Positions 20,130 through 28,902 of a stretch of DNA of 64,000 bases are shown here, one piece after another. Position 1 is the first letter of the stretch. Each line of letters starts with the position of its first letter. Source of the stretch: a virus. Its lineage: Duplodnaviria; Heunggongvirae; Uroviricota; Caudoviricetes. Under the pieces are notes generated by a model. It searched no databases, was not told the origin of the DNA, and saw only the letters and a program-made list of their open reading frames with translations. Where the stretch lies: the IMG/VR virus record IMGVR_UViG_3300006153_000006, one strand, 5' to 3'. The position numbers and the translations under genes were made by a program.

Positions 20130-21077
20130 TCAGACAAAGAAGGCCAACTTCCATCTCTGATAGTCTTCCATATACTCTCTTGCTTTCGCTTTTTGTACTG
20201 ACTTGACTGTTTTGCCTTTTGGCAGATTATACTCCTTGCCCTCCGTGAACCTGACAGCCGCATCGGAAAAATCCGGTGGGATACCAGCCCTTTCCTGTTC
20301 ATATATTCGATAAAACAAACCGGATAACTTGATGCGTTCATAGCTGAGGAGCTCTGTGGTAAGACCGCTCTTAAATGCGGTAGCCAATGTTCTGGACAAC
20401 CTTACACGGAACGGTTTGATACGGGGCATGGCCTTGATCCCACGCATCAATTCATCCCCCAGAATACGCTGCCGCTTGATCTCACTGTAATTGGGATGCT
20501 TGTAGGTAAACTCGGTCAGCTCGACGGCATTTTTGAAGGATAGAAACGACTCACGATAAAGTGGAATCTCATCGTCTCCAATGACGATCGTCATGGAGCG
20601 CAGATCTACTGCGGAACTTTTCATGGCGAGAGCCTCTGTATCCTCTATACCACAAAATGCCATCCAGAGATAGCAACGATACAGGTTATCGATGGTCTCC
20701 TCTTTTTCTGGGTCATAGACCGCATCGAGATATCTCTGAAGATGGGTCGGCCCAGATACCATTTGACGCCGGACTTTCTCAAGGCTCAGAAGATTGATGT
20801 GTGCAATGCTGTCGCAGGCTCCCTCTATGCCGGAGGCCATACACCATTTGGCATACTCTTGCAGGATGAAACGGTAAGACCACTTTCCCTTGCTGCGAAG
20901 CGCAAAGACCTCATCCGCCACAGGCTGAAGCTCATCAACGCTAAAGGTGCAGATATCCTTCTGCGCAGACTCTTCAAACGGTGTGGTAGCGGCAAAGAGC
21001 GTCTCGGCATTGCGCGCCGTATATACGCTCTTTGTCAAAGATGATATGAACTTGCTTTTCTGTTCCTGGTTATACAT
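20130..21077 (-). CDS. Hypothetical protein (possible replication or recombination accessory)
   Basis: 315 aa ORF; no confident motif. Confidence 0.35.
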   Translation of the reverse strand: MYNQEQKSKFISSLTKSVYTARNAETLFAATTPFEESAQKDICTFSVDELQPVADEVFALRSKGKWSYRFILQEYAKWCMASGIEGACDSIAHINLLSLEKVRRQMVSGPTHLQRYLDAVYDPEKEETIDNLYRCYLWMAFCGIEDTEALAMKSSAVDLRSMTIVIGDDEIPLYRESFLSFKNAVELTEFTYKHPNYSEIKRQRILGDELMRGIKAMPRIKPFRVRLSRTLATAFKSGLTTELLSYERIKLSGLFYRIYEQERAGIPPDFSDAAVRFTEGKEYNLPKGKTVKSVQKAKAREYMEDYQRWKLAFFV

Positions 21078-21095
21078 GGAACATACCTCCTACTG

Positions 21096-21530
21096 TTATG
21101 TAGAAGCCTTTGCGTTCAACGTAGTTGCCGCCTTCCATATACGGAACAGAGATTCCGGATCGAGGAAAGCAATGGCGGATGTGGCCAGAAGGTTTGCCTC
21201 TGTAACACGCTTCATATCTTCATCAGACAGCCTGGTCAGAAAGCGTCCAACACGCTCCTTGGACATTTTCTCGGGGTTTTCACAGAGAACCATACTGTCT
21301 TTTGCCAGACCTCCGGCAGAGGCCCGTATAACGACATGGGTTGGCTGCCCGGATTTCTTTATGGCGCTCGTCAACGGCAGAGCGATGATATTCGGGCTGT
21401 GCGCGTTGCCGACATTATTCTGAAACACCAGACCAGGACGCAGCCCGTTCTGCTCGCTTCCGCTTCCTGTGAAGTTCATCAGGTATATTTCTCCGATTTT
21501 TGGTGAGAACCCTGATCTTTGCCGATCCAA
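21096..21530 (-). CDS. MazF/PemK-family endoribonuclease toxin
   Basis: GEIYLMNF ... RPGLVFQNN ... IIALPLTS ... PTHVVI matches the PemK/MazF fold signature. Confidence 0.8.
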   Translation of the reverse strand: MDRQRSGFSPKIGEIYLMNFTGSGSEQNGLRPGLVFQNNVGNAHSPNIIALPLTSAIKKSGQPTHVVIRASAGGLAKDSMVLCENPEKMSKERVGRFLTRLSDEDMKRVTEANLLATSAIAFLDPESLFRIWKAATTLNAKAST

Positions 21531-21620
21531 GATGTTACATCCCTCCTGATAGATTAAAAACTGATGTTGGCTGGATTATAACACATCTTTCGGCGTTTGT
21601 CAAGATAATTATTTAATTTT

Positions 21621-21926
21621 TTATGCGACGAGGAGCGTATACGTCCTTTCCTTCCCGTTACAGCGGCAAACAATGTCCACTTCAGCACCGATGGCAGTTG
21701 GATCCTCGCGGATATTGAACCCGCTTACCATATTGATACGAAGTGAATTGTTCCCGTCCGTCATGTAAACTACATTGGGGTTTTGCCCAATGATGATAGA
21801 CGAAAAGGTCAGAGACAAAACGATTGGATCGGCAAAATCAGGATCGTCCTGGTTCTCTGACATAAAGATAATTTTACTTGGCTTATTCTTGTTGAAATAT
21901 TCCTTCAACTCAGAAACCCTTTTCAT
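21621..21926 (-). CDS. Hypothetical protein upstream of the MazF-like toxin (candidate non-canonical antitoxin)
   Basis: 101 aa in the same operon position as an antitoxin, but lacks an AbrB/MazE-like motif. Confidence 0.3.
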   Translation of the reverse strand: MKRVSELKEYFNKNKPSKIIFMSENQDDPDFADPIVLSLTFSSIIIGQNPNVVYMTDGNNSLRINMVSGFNIREDPTAIGAEVDIVCRCNGKERTYTLLVA

Positions 21927-22099
21927 GCAGCAACCTCCTGCTTGCGCAAATTGGCACAGTATGGTATACTACAAGAACACTACCGTAGTGCAGTAGTGCG
22001 TCTGTGTAACAGGCCAACCGTGTCTTTCCTGTTTTTTGTAGCGTTGGGGTCAGGACTCCGCCGTGGTGGGCGGTGACGGACATGGTGCACCGAGCGGCC

Positions 22100-22245
22100 C
22101 GGTTTGGTGTTTGGGTGGGCCGCTCTTTTTTCGAGCTTGACATATACTTTTGTTTGTGTTACTATTGCAGTACAAAATTTCGTTTGTGTTTGCTATGTTA
22201 TCACAAGTAAGCTGCCATGTCAATCATCAAGTGGAGGTTTTTCTG
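22100..22245. promoter_or_regulatory. Divergent promoter/operator region of the repressor gene
   Basis: Hairpin GAGCGGCCC ... GGGCCGCTC plus T-run, then TTGACA-17-TACTAT and repeated TTTGTTTGTGTT / TTCGTTTGTGTTTG half-sites before the repressor start. Confidence 0.4.
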
Positions 22246-23043
22246 ATGAATTTTTCTGACAGGCTCAAATCGATACGGATCGACAGAGGGTACACCCAAC
22301 GTACGCTTGGCGAGCTGGTCGGTGTGTCTGAAATGACCATCGGGAACTGGGAACGTGGTGTCAAACAGCCGTCACTCAACTTTCTGCTGGCACTTTCCGA
22401 CGCATTGCACGTCTCTGTAGACTTCCTTATCGGAAGCGACAACAGCATTGCGAGTAACGAAAGTTTTTTCCGTTCACAAGCGGAAAAGAAACTGCTTGAA
22501 CGCTACCGGCTCCTTGACAGTTTAGGGCAAAGAGCCGTTGATGCAGTGTGTTCTATTGAGTACGAGCGAGCCGCACTTCCCAAAGCGGCGGTAAAGAACA
22601 ACATTATCGACCTGAACGCCACGAGAGTGCCGAAGCGGTATGTCCCTCTCTATGCGACGCCGTCAGCAGCGGGATTTTCCGTTCCTCTTGAGGGAGATGA
22701 TTTTGAAATGCTCCTTGCGGACGACACGGTGCCGGAGGAAGCGGATTTTGCGGTCTGGATCCAGGGCGACAGCATGGAGCCGTACATCAAAAGCGGCGAA
22801 ATGGTGTTTATCAACAAGGACGCGGAGCTGAAAAACGGGGATGTCGGCATCTTCAGCGTTGACGGTGCCATGTACTGTAAGCAGTTTTACAGAGACGATC
22901 ACGGAAACGTGTATCTTTTGTCCGCAAATCCAGACAGACAGGATGCCAATGTCACACTGAGCCAGGATTCCGGGCAAACCTTTGTTGCTTGCGGCAAAGT
23001 CGTAATGGATAAGATACCACTGCCTGACTACTTTCAAGTGTGA
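22246..23043 (+). CDS. CI/LexA-like repressor (HTH_XRE plus S24 peptidase)
   Basis: N-terminal HTH (RGYTQRTLGELVGVSEMTIGNWERG) and C-terminal S24 domain with GDSMEP Ser and downstream Lys. Confidence 0.85.
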   Translation: MNFSDRLKSIRIDRGYTQRTLGELVGVSEMTIGNWERGVKQPSLNFLLALSDALHVSVDFLIGSDNSIASNESFFRSQAEKKLLERYRLLDSLGQRAVDAVCSIEYERAALPKAAVKNNIIDLNATRVPKRYVPLYATPSAAGFSVPLEGDDFEMLLADDTVPEEADFAVWIQGDSMEPYIKSGEMVFINKDAELKNGDVGIFSVDGAMYCKQFYRDDHGNVYLLSANPDRQDANVTLSQDSGQTFVACGKVVMDKIPLPDYFQV

Positions 23044-23055
23044 ATATAGTAAAAG

Positions 23056-23097
23056 CTCCTGGAAACCGTTTATATGCGGGTACAGGAGCTTTTTACA
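23056..23097. terminator. Hairpin terminator after the repressor
   Basis: AAGCTCCTG ... CAGGAGCTT followed by TTT. Confidence 0.4.
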
Positions 23098-23626
23098 TAT
23101 ATTTTAGATTGTCATCGAAGTAGGTACTCTGTAACCAATGCAGAGTGCCGGACTTATACCGGAATTGCCCCACATCATCGATGTCATATACTTGTGCTTC
23201 CCAGTCATTTATAGAACCGCACACAAAGATCGGCCTTGCTTCAACCCCATGCGCTACAAGCTCATCTCTTATACGAACCCAAAATTGCAACGTCTCATCC
23301 CAGCATCTTTTACTTTCGTCTGTGATTCCCGGTGCGAGACTTTCAATCCTGTTCAAGTAATGGGTAGTGCACTCTCTAACTTTACCAAGTTTGGCAAGCT
23401 GCATATCAACACGTTTATCTCTTTCTTGCATATCCGGGATAGACTGTTTGACTTTACTCTCCAAGGTAATGTCAACAACGGCAGATTGCCACTTTTCCAG
23501 TCGTGCTTTATGGAAGGCAATTCGTTCTGTCGTTCTCTTTTTGCACTTTTTTGCACCAGCTTTGTCGCTTCCTATTTTCAAAGCATAGAACAACCCGCCA
23601 AACAAGGCTATGAACAGTTCAAACAT
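23093..23626 (-). CDS. Hypothetical membrane protein
   Basis: ORF with an N-terminal hydrophobic helix. Confidence 0.3.
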   Translation of the reverse strand: MFELFIALFGGLFYALKIGSDKAGAKKCKKRTTERIAFHKARLEKWQSAVVDITLESKVKQSIPDMQERDKRVDMQLAKLGKVRECTTHYLNRIESLAPGITDESKRCWDETLQFWVRIRDELVAHGVEARPIFVCGSINDWEAQVYDIDDVGQFRYKSGTLHWLQSTYFDDNLKYM

Positions 23627-23635
23627 TAGACCGTT

Positions 23636-23893
23636 TCACCCCATTGCTTCTTCAATACATTCCCTGGCCTCGTCGATCTTTTCGGACGCATCGTTCAGCT
23701 TGTCTATTGCGTCCTCCATTTTTTCATACCGCTCTGTCGCCTGCAAATTCTCCGGGATGTTGCCCAGCATATCGTCTTCCTGATCTCCTACCTGCTCAAC
23801 GATTGTCTGTGCTTTATTCAAGTAATAGATAGCATCCTTCAACGACTCTCTGCGTTTCTTATTCAACCTTAGACCACAGCCTTTCCACGCCAA
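23636..23893 (-). CDS. Hypothetical coiled-coil protein
   Basis: ORF only. Confidence 0.25.
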   Translation of the reverse strand: MAWKGCGLRLNKKRRESLKDAIYYLNKAQTIVEQVGDQEDDMLGNIPENLQATERYEKMEDAIDKLNDASEKIDEARECIEEAMG

Positions 23894-24233
23894 TAGTCAG
23901 ACGAAGATAACCCTGCGTTTCATTGACGTGAGAAAAATCCGCGTTCTTGATGTAAGATAAAAAGCGATCGTCCTCACCATTCTTGAGCGTCAGAACCGCC
24001 ACCTCAAACGAAACCTTGCCACCAACGGCGTCAATAACAAGGTTATTGACCTCGTCCTCCTCATTTATCAGGTCTACAAGCTCGCACAGCTTCAGCAACT
24101 TCGCGAACTGTCCATCATTCAATATGATTTTATCGGGACACTTCTTTGCCATAGCCAACACCGCTTGTGACATGGTCTCCTTCGCTTCCATACCTGGCAT
24201 AACATCACCCCTTGAGTAAGTATATTTTAGCAC
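23859..24233 (-). CDS. Hypothetical protein
   Basis: ORF only. Confidence 0.25.
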   Translation of the reverse strand: MLKYTYSRGDVMPGMEAKETMSQAVLAMAKKCPDKIILNDGQFAKLLKLCELVDLINEEDEVNNLVIDAVGGKVSFEVAVLTLKNGEDDRFLSYIKNADFSHVNETQGYLRLTIGVERLWSKVE

Positions 24234-24256
24234 AGGACTACTGTGTTTTCAAGGCC

Positions 24257-24886
24257 TCACAATGTACACACTATCTCTACTTTACCGCAGCCATTCTCCC
24301 CGATAAGCTGGAGAATGGAGTTTGCGATAGCAGATACATCTATTTTTCCTTGGAATGTAAACGAGAACTGCGTCATAGTCATTGTCGGAAGATTACATTC
24401 ATTCTCTGCCGGAGCGTTTTCTGCCAGCTCTGCACTACCAGTTTCAGCCTTCTGGACTTCGCACTCTGTCTTATCCTCATCCCCCGACAAGAACTTCTGC
24501 CAAAGCTCTCTCTGCTTGGAAGTCATTTTATGGCCGACGCCAAACGAAAGGCCATAATTGTTCTCGTCAATAAACGACCGTATTGTGGCCGGGGACGCGC
24601 CAAACATGGCGCTCAACGTTGTTAAATTCGCCCCGTATGTCTCGACAAGACCACACAGATATTGCTTCTGCAAGTCTTTCGGATATGCTTTGAACTCCGC
24701 CCAGGTCATGGGTTTAGTCAGTCTATATGTATACACAGAACCGTTCATCCTTTCCCATTGCCGTCTTGTCATACCGTCTGTCGGCATACGGCATTTTTTA
24801 CTTTTGCTCCCGCAAATCCTATGTTTTGCGTTTCTCGCTATACTGGCTCGTTGAGATACTTCCTCGGCGAATATGCTACGACTCAT
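24257..24886 (-). CDS. Hypothetical protein
   Basis: 209 aa ORF. Confidence 0.3.
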   Translation of the reverse strand: MSRSIFAEEVSQRASIARNAKHRICGSKSKKCRMPTDGMTRRQWERMNGSVYTYRLTKPMTWAEFKAYPKDLQKQYLCGLVETYGANLTTLSAMFGASPATIRSFIDENNYGLSFGVGHKMTSKQRELWQKFLSGDEDKTECEVQKAETGSAELAENAPAENECNLPTMTMTQFSFTFQGKIDVSAIANSILQLIGENGCGKVEIVCTL

Positions 24887-25142
24887 CGGGCGCGCCTCCT
24901 GCCCTCATATTTTCTGCGACCTTGAACTTCTTTTCAAGCTCGGTGGGATTCCTCGACTTCCCGAGCCTCTTAAACATTCCGTCCGGCTGTACCTCGTACA
25001 AAAAGTAAAACTCACGGTCACGTTCTTTACTGGTTATGATATAGAGCAGTTCTCCCGCCTTGTTGTAATACCCGACCCATCTGGTCTCGCCTTTTGGATA
25101 CTTATACCTCTTCTCCGGCATCAAAAACACGCTCCGTTTCAA
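24876..25142 (-). CDS. Hypothetical protein
   Basis: ORF only. Confidence 0.25.
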   Translation of the reverse strand: MKRSVFLMPEKRYKYPKGETRWVGYYNKAGELLYIITSKERDREFYFLYEVQPDGMFKRLGKSRNPTELEKKFKVAENMRAGGAPDES

Positions 25143-26328
25143 GCCGCTCCTGCTCTGCCATTTCTTGCAGGGAACGCAAAGTCTGGATACAGTTTGCCAT
25201 AATGACTGCCGCCTGTTCGACCTCTTCCTTGGTGTTGAGTCTTGAAAAGGAGATGCGGACTGTGTTCCTTGCCTGCGTATCGCTTAGACCAATAGCCTTC
25301 AGAACGTGGCTTGGCTCGGCCTCCAAAGACCGGCAAGCTGACCCGGCAGAGATACACACTCCGAGCCTGTCCATGGCAAGAATAAGAGACTCGCCGTACA
25401 CGCCATCGATACGAAGGCTCAAAACCTTTCCGGGATTTAAGAACGTATAGCCGTTCGGGTTGATACCGTTGGCCGCCAGATTACGCTCCGGCATGGAGCC
25501 CGCAAGCGCATTCACAAAGTCCTGCTTCAACGTTGAGACCTGCAACATATGCGCAGACAGGTCTCCCGATGCAAGCTCACAGGCCTTTCCAAGGCCAACA
25601 ATATTGGCCACATTCTCTGTCCCGCCGCGCAAACCGAACTCCTGCTCATGCCCGCCGCAGATAAGGGGTGAAACCGTCTCCCTATCTCTCATATACAAAG
25701 CCCCGATCCCTTTGGGGCCATGTATCTTATGGGACGACATCGTCGCAAAGTCAATCTTATTCTTTTCAACATCGAGATCGTACTGCCCAGCCGCCTGCAC
25801 ACAGTCGCAGTGGAAAAGAACACCCTTTTCCCTGCACAGTGTTCCGATGGCCTGAACATCGCTCACGCTCCCGATCTCGTTGTTGGCAAACATGATAGAT
25901 ACAAGCCCTGTGGTTGGAGTGATCGCGGACTCTACCGCTTCGGCGGTAACGCACCCCTCCGTATCCGGGCGGACATATGTGATATAAAACCCGTCTTTGG
26001 TAAGGCTCTCGGCGGTACGCAAAACGGAGTCATGCTCAATGGCGGAGACCACGATATGCGTCTTACCGGCCTCCTTGAGCTTTGCCGCCACTCCCTTTAA
26101 GACTGTGTTATTCCCTTCGCTGCCGCCGGATGTAAAGACGATATTCTCAGATGGACATGAGAACAGCTTTGCCACCTGACTCCTGGCCTTCCGCACCGCT
26201 TCGGCGGCATTCCGGCCAAGCTCATAAAGCGTTCCGGCGTTTCCATACTGCTCTGTCAGGTACGGCATCATTTCCCTGAGCACATCAGGGTCGATTTTTG
26301 TTGTTGCCGCATTGTCCAGATAAATCAT
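25102..26328 (-). CDS. Cysteine desulfurase (NifS/IscS-like, PLP-dependent)
   Basis: SSHKIHGPKGIGALY PLP-lysine motif; full-length class V aminotransferase fold. Confidence 0.85.
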   Translation of the reverse strand: MIYLDNAATTKIDPDVLREMMPYLTEQYGNAGTLYELGRNAAEAVRKARSQVAKLFSCPSENIVFTSGGSEGNNTVLKGVAAKLKEAGKTHIVVSAIEHDSVLRTAESLTKDGFYITYVRPDTEGCVTAEAVESAITPTTGLVSIMFANNEIGSVSDVQAIGTLCREKGVLFHCDCVQAAGQYDLDVEKNKIDFATMSSHKIHGPKGIGALYMRDRETVSPLICGGHEQEFGLRGGTENVANIVGLGKACELASGDLSAHMLQVSTLKQDFVNALAGSMPERNLAANGINPNGYTFLNPGKVLSLRIDGVYGESLILAMDRLGVCISAGSACRSLEAEPSHVLKAIGLSDTQARNTVRISFSRLNTKEEVEQAAVIMANCIQTLRSLQEMAEQERLETERVFDAGEEV

Positions 26329-26334
26329 TGGAGC

Positions 26335-26589
26335 TCACTCCTTCGTGAAATGATAGTGGGTGTTGACGGTCTCAACGTCTATATCTCCGTTATCACACAC
26401 ATGATACGAGACAACGTTAGACGTGAGGACACGGTGCCAGTCACCGTTTCTTGTTTCATATCTGATGAAACCGCGCTCGCCGATTGTAAGCATCGGAGCC
26501 GCACACCGTTGGTTCCGCATCAGATCGTGGAAAATGTTATATGTATTCTCGTCTTTACTCTCGATGGTCGTGATCCGATAGAGTCCCAT
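26335..26589 (-). CDS. Hypothetical protein
   Basis: ORF only. Confidence 0.25.
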   Translation of the reverse strand: MGLYRITTIESKDENTYNIFHDLMRNQRCAAPMLTIGERGFIRYETRNGDWHRVLTSNVVSYHVCDNGDIDVETVNTHYHFTKE

Positions 26590-26996
26590 TACTTCACCCT
26601 CTTTTCTATCATGTCACAGAGGACACCGAAGTCTGCCTTGCGCTCATCGATTTCATCCTCCAAAATATCGCCGGGCCATTTTGCCCATGCCTCCAAATCA
26701 GAGCGTATGTCGGCAATCAGCGCTTGGGCAAGGTCATAGATGTGAACATCCGCAGTGATGATAGAGTGACCGCCGTCCTCCTTGTCCGTAGTAATGATGA
26801 TGGTTTCATAGTATCCAAAGACGATGGTGTATCCATATCCTTCGGCGTCAAACTCGCACACGGTTTTATGGCCGGTTCGTATGGTCTCTTCCACCGCCTC
26901 CAGAAGCGCATAGGGAACATCATCCATGTAACTGCACCGGTCGCTCCAGTCGCCGATTGAAATCGTGCCCCAACCAGCCCCGTCAAACTTTAGCAC
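26589..26996 (-). CDS. Hypothetical acidic protein
   Basis: ORF only. Confidence 0.25.
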   Translation of the reverse strand: MLKFDGAGWGTISIGDWSDRCSYMDDVPYALLEAVEETIRTGHKTVCEFDAEGYGYTIVFGYYETIIITTDKEDGGHSIITADVHIYDLAQALIADIRSDLEAWAKWPGDILEDEIDERKADFGVLCDMIEKRVK

Positions 26997-27883
26997 TTTT
27001 CACACATCCTTTCGTAGCACTCAATCACGTTCTGCATCAGCATGGCCACCGTCATGGGGCCAACGCCGCCGGGAACGGGAGTGTATGCGTAAGCCTGCTC
27101 ATAAAGTGCGGGATCAAAATCTCCGCAGAGTTTCCCATCTTTGCCCCGGTTCATGCCAACATCGACCAGCACCTTATCAGAGAGGTCAAGGCCGAAGTCG
27201 TAGACCTTGCGTTCTGTGAGAATGCCGCGACACCCCGTGGCCGACACGATAATATCTGCCATTCGTACCGAATTGATAAAGGTTTCATTCAGTGTTTTAC
27301 TGTGGCACAGGATGACCGTGGCATTCCGCTGTTCAAACATAGCGGCAAGCGGTCTACCCACAATATTGCTTCGTCCGACAATGCAGACGCACTTCTCGGC
27401 TATGTCAATTCCATAGGCATCGAGAAGCTTTATGATCCCCTTTGGAGTACAAGGATAATTGAGCGGTTCTTTCCCCGAAAAAAGAGCGGCGGTATTGTAT
27501 GACGACACAAACCCATCCACATCTATGATGGCGAGATCGCGCATTATATTGCTCATTGGAAGAGAGTCGATATCCGCGTTGCCGGTGATCGGCAACTGAT
27601 AGATTGTCGGGATGATTTCATCGAAAAACACTTTTTCTGCGTCTTCATCTCTCAGATAGTCGAAGTGATTAACAACGACTTCAATGCCGATCTCCCCCGC
27701 TCTCTTGACCTTATTGCGAACATAGACCTGCCCGGCCTTGTTGTCGCCCGTTGTTACGATCCTCAGCTTGGGAATAACGCCCTTCTTCTTCAGCTCCGAA
27801 CATCTGTCAAAAAGAGTGTCACAAATTTTCTCCGCTAATACTTTTCCGTTAAGTTCCACTGGCCGCACCCCCAATAATCTCAT
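26990..27883 (-). CDS. folD: Bifunctional methylenetetrahydrofolate dehydrogenase/cyclohydrolase
   Basis: 297 aa with the FolD two-domain pattern (YVRNKVK, PGGVGPMT). Confidence 0.8.
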   Translation of the reverse strand: MRLLGVRPVELNGKVLAEKICDTLFDRCSELKKKGVIPKLRIVTTGDNKAGQVYVRNKVKRAGEIGIEVVVNHFDYLRDEDAEKVFFDEIIPTIYQLPITGNADIDSLPMSNIMRDLAIIDVDGFVSSYNTAALFSGKEPLNYPCTPKGIIKLLDAYGIDIAEKCVCIVGRSNIVGRPLAAMFEQRNATVILCHSKTLNETFINSVRMADIIVSATGCRGILTERKVYDFGLDLSDKVLVDVGMNRGKDGKLCGDFDPALYEQAYAYTPVPGGVGPMTVAMLMQNVIECYERMCEKC

Positions 27884-28412
27884 CCAATGTTCTCGGCGTA
27901 TAATCCATGTATGGCATCATGGCGCCAACGTTGAACATCTTACATGGCTTATCGTACAATTCCTTCATAAGGAACTTGTCGTGTTCCATCATCATATACT
28001 CAAACGAATTATGTACATGACCATAGAGATGGTACCATCCGTAATAATGGTTCTTAAAACAAGGAATTGGATAGTGACACAATACAATGCGCCTGTCCCC
28101 ATCAACGATTTCCATATACTCGTCGATTTTTACGAAGTGCTCTTTGAACTGAGCGCTGTCCACCCTGTCGTGGTTGCCCTTGATAAGAAATTTCTCCCCA
28201 GCAAGAGAGTCCAGAACCGGAATGGCCTCACTCTCTTTGCACCAGAACATATCGCCGAGCACATAGACGATATCGCCCGGGCTGACCACGCTGTTCCACC
28301 TGTCGATCAGCGCCTGGTTCATCTCTTCCAAAGATGTGAACGGGCGGTCATCAAACGCCAAGCAGTTGTTGTGGCCGTAGTGCCAGTCAGAGATGTAGAA
28401 CTTCTTTTGCAT
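27849..28412 (-). CDS. Calcineurin-like metallophosphoesterase
   Basis: DWHYGH, GDMF, GNHD and HVH motifs. Confidence 0.75.
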   Translation of the reverse strand: MQKKFYISDWHYGHNNCLAFDDRPFTSLEEMNQALIDRWNSVVSPGDIVYVLGDMFWCKESEAIPVLDSLAGEKFLIKGNHDRVDSAQFKEHFVKIDEYMEIVDGDRRIVLCHYPIPCFKNHYYGWYHLYGHVHNSFEYMMMEHDKFLMKELYDKPCKMFNVGAMMPYMDYTPRTLDEIIGGAASGT

Positions 28413-28902
28413 TGATATCACTCCTGTGTTTTGGAGAAAACTCCCCGAATATTTCAGCCTCTTTCGCAAGCCTGGCAACAACAGCCTCCTCTTTACTCTT
28501 GAAACGGCCTATGTAAATACGCCTGTGGTCACACATGATGTTCGCCACCCACCTATCCCGTCCGGCCTCATAGTAGACACCGGCAATACCGGATTTGTTG
28601 GAAGAAAACAGCGGCCTGTTCATGTTGTTCTCAGACCTGCTGCACAGGCGAAGGTTTTGTTTTCTGTTATCTGCCTTATTTTGGTTGATATGGTCTACAA
28701 CAAGACCTTGCGGTGCGTGCATGATCTCTCTGTGAAACATAAGAAAGCATAACTTCCCGTTAAATAGGTAACTGCTGGCAAGATACCCATCCTTATCCTT
28801 ATACCATGTGCGTCCTTTGATAAGCCAAAGATCGTCCAAGTCGAACAGAAACTCAGTCCCTTTAACGGTGAGCGAGCCATACGTTTCGTGAAGATCAAGC
28901 AC
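28387..28902 (-). CDS. HNH homing endonuclease with AP2 DNA-binding domain
   Basis: HINQNKADNRKQNLRLCSRSENN HNH motif plus an AP2-like segment (GVYYEAGRDRWVANI ... YIGRF). Confidence 0.8.
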   Translation of the reverse strand: MLDLHETYGSLTVKGTEFLFDLDDLWLIKGRTWYKDKDGYLASSYLFNGKLCFLMFHREIMHAPQGLVVDHINQNKADNRKQNLRLCSRSENNMNRPLFSSNKSGIAGVYYEAGRDRWVANIMCDHRRIYIGRFKSKEEAVVARLAKEAEIFGEFSPKHRSDINAKEVLHL

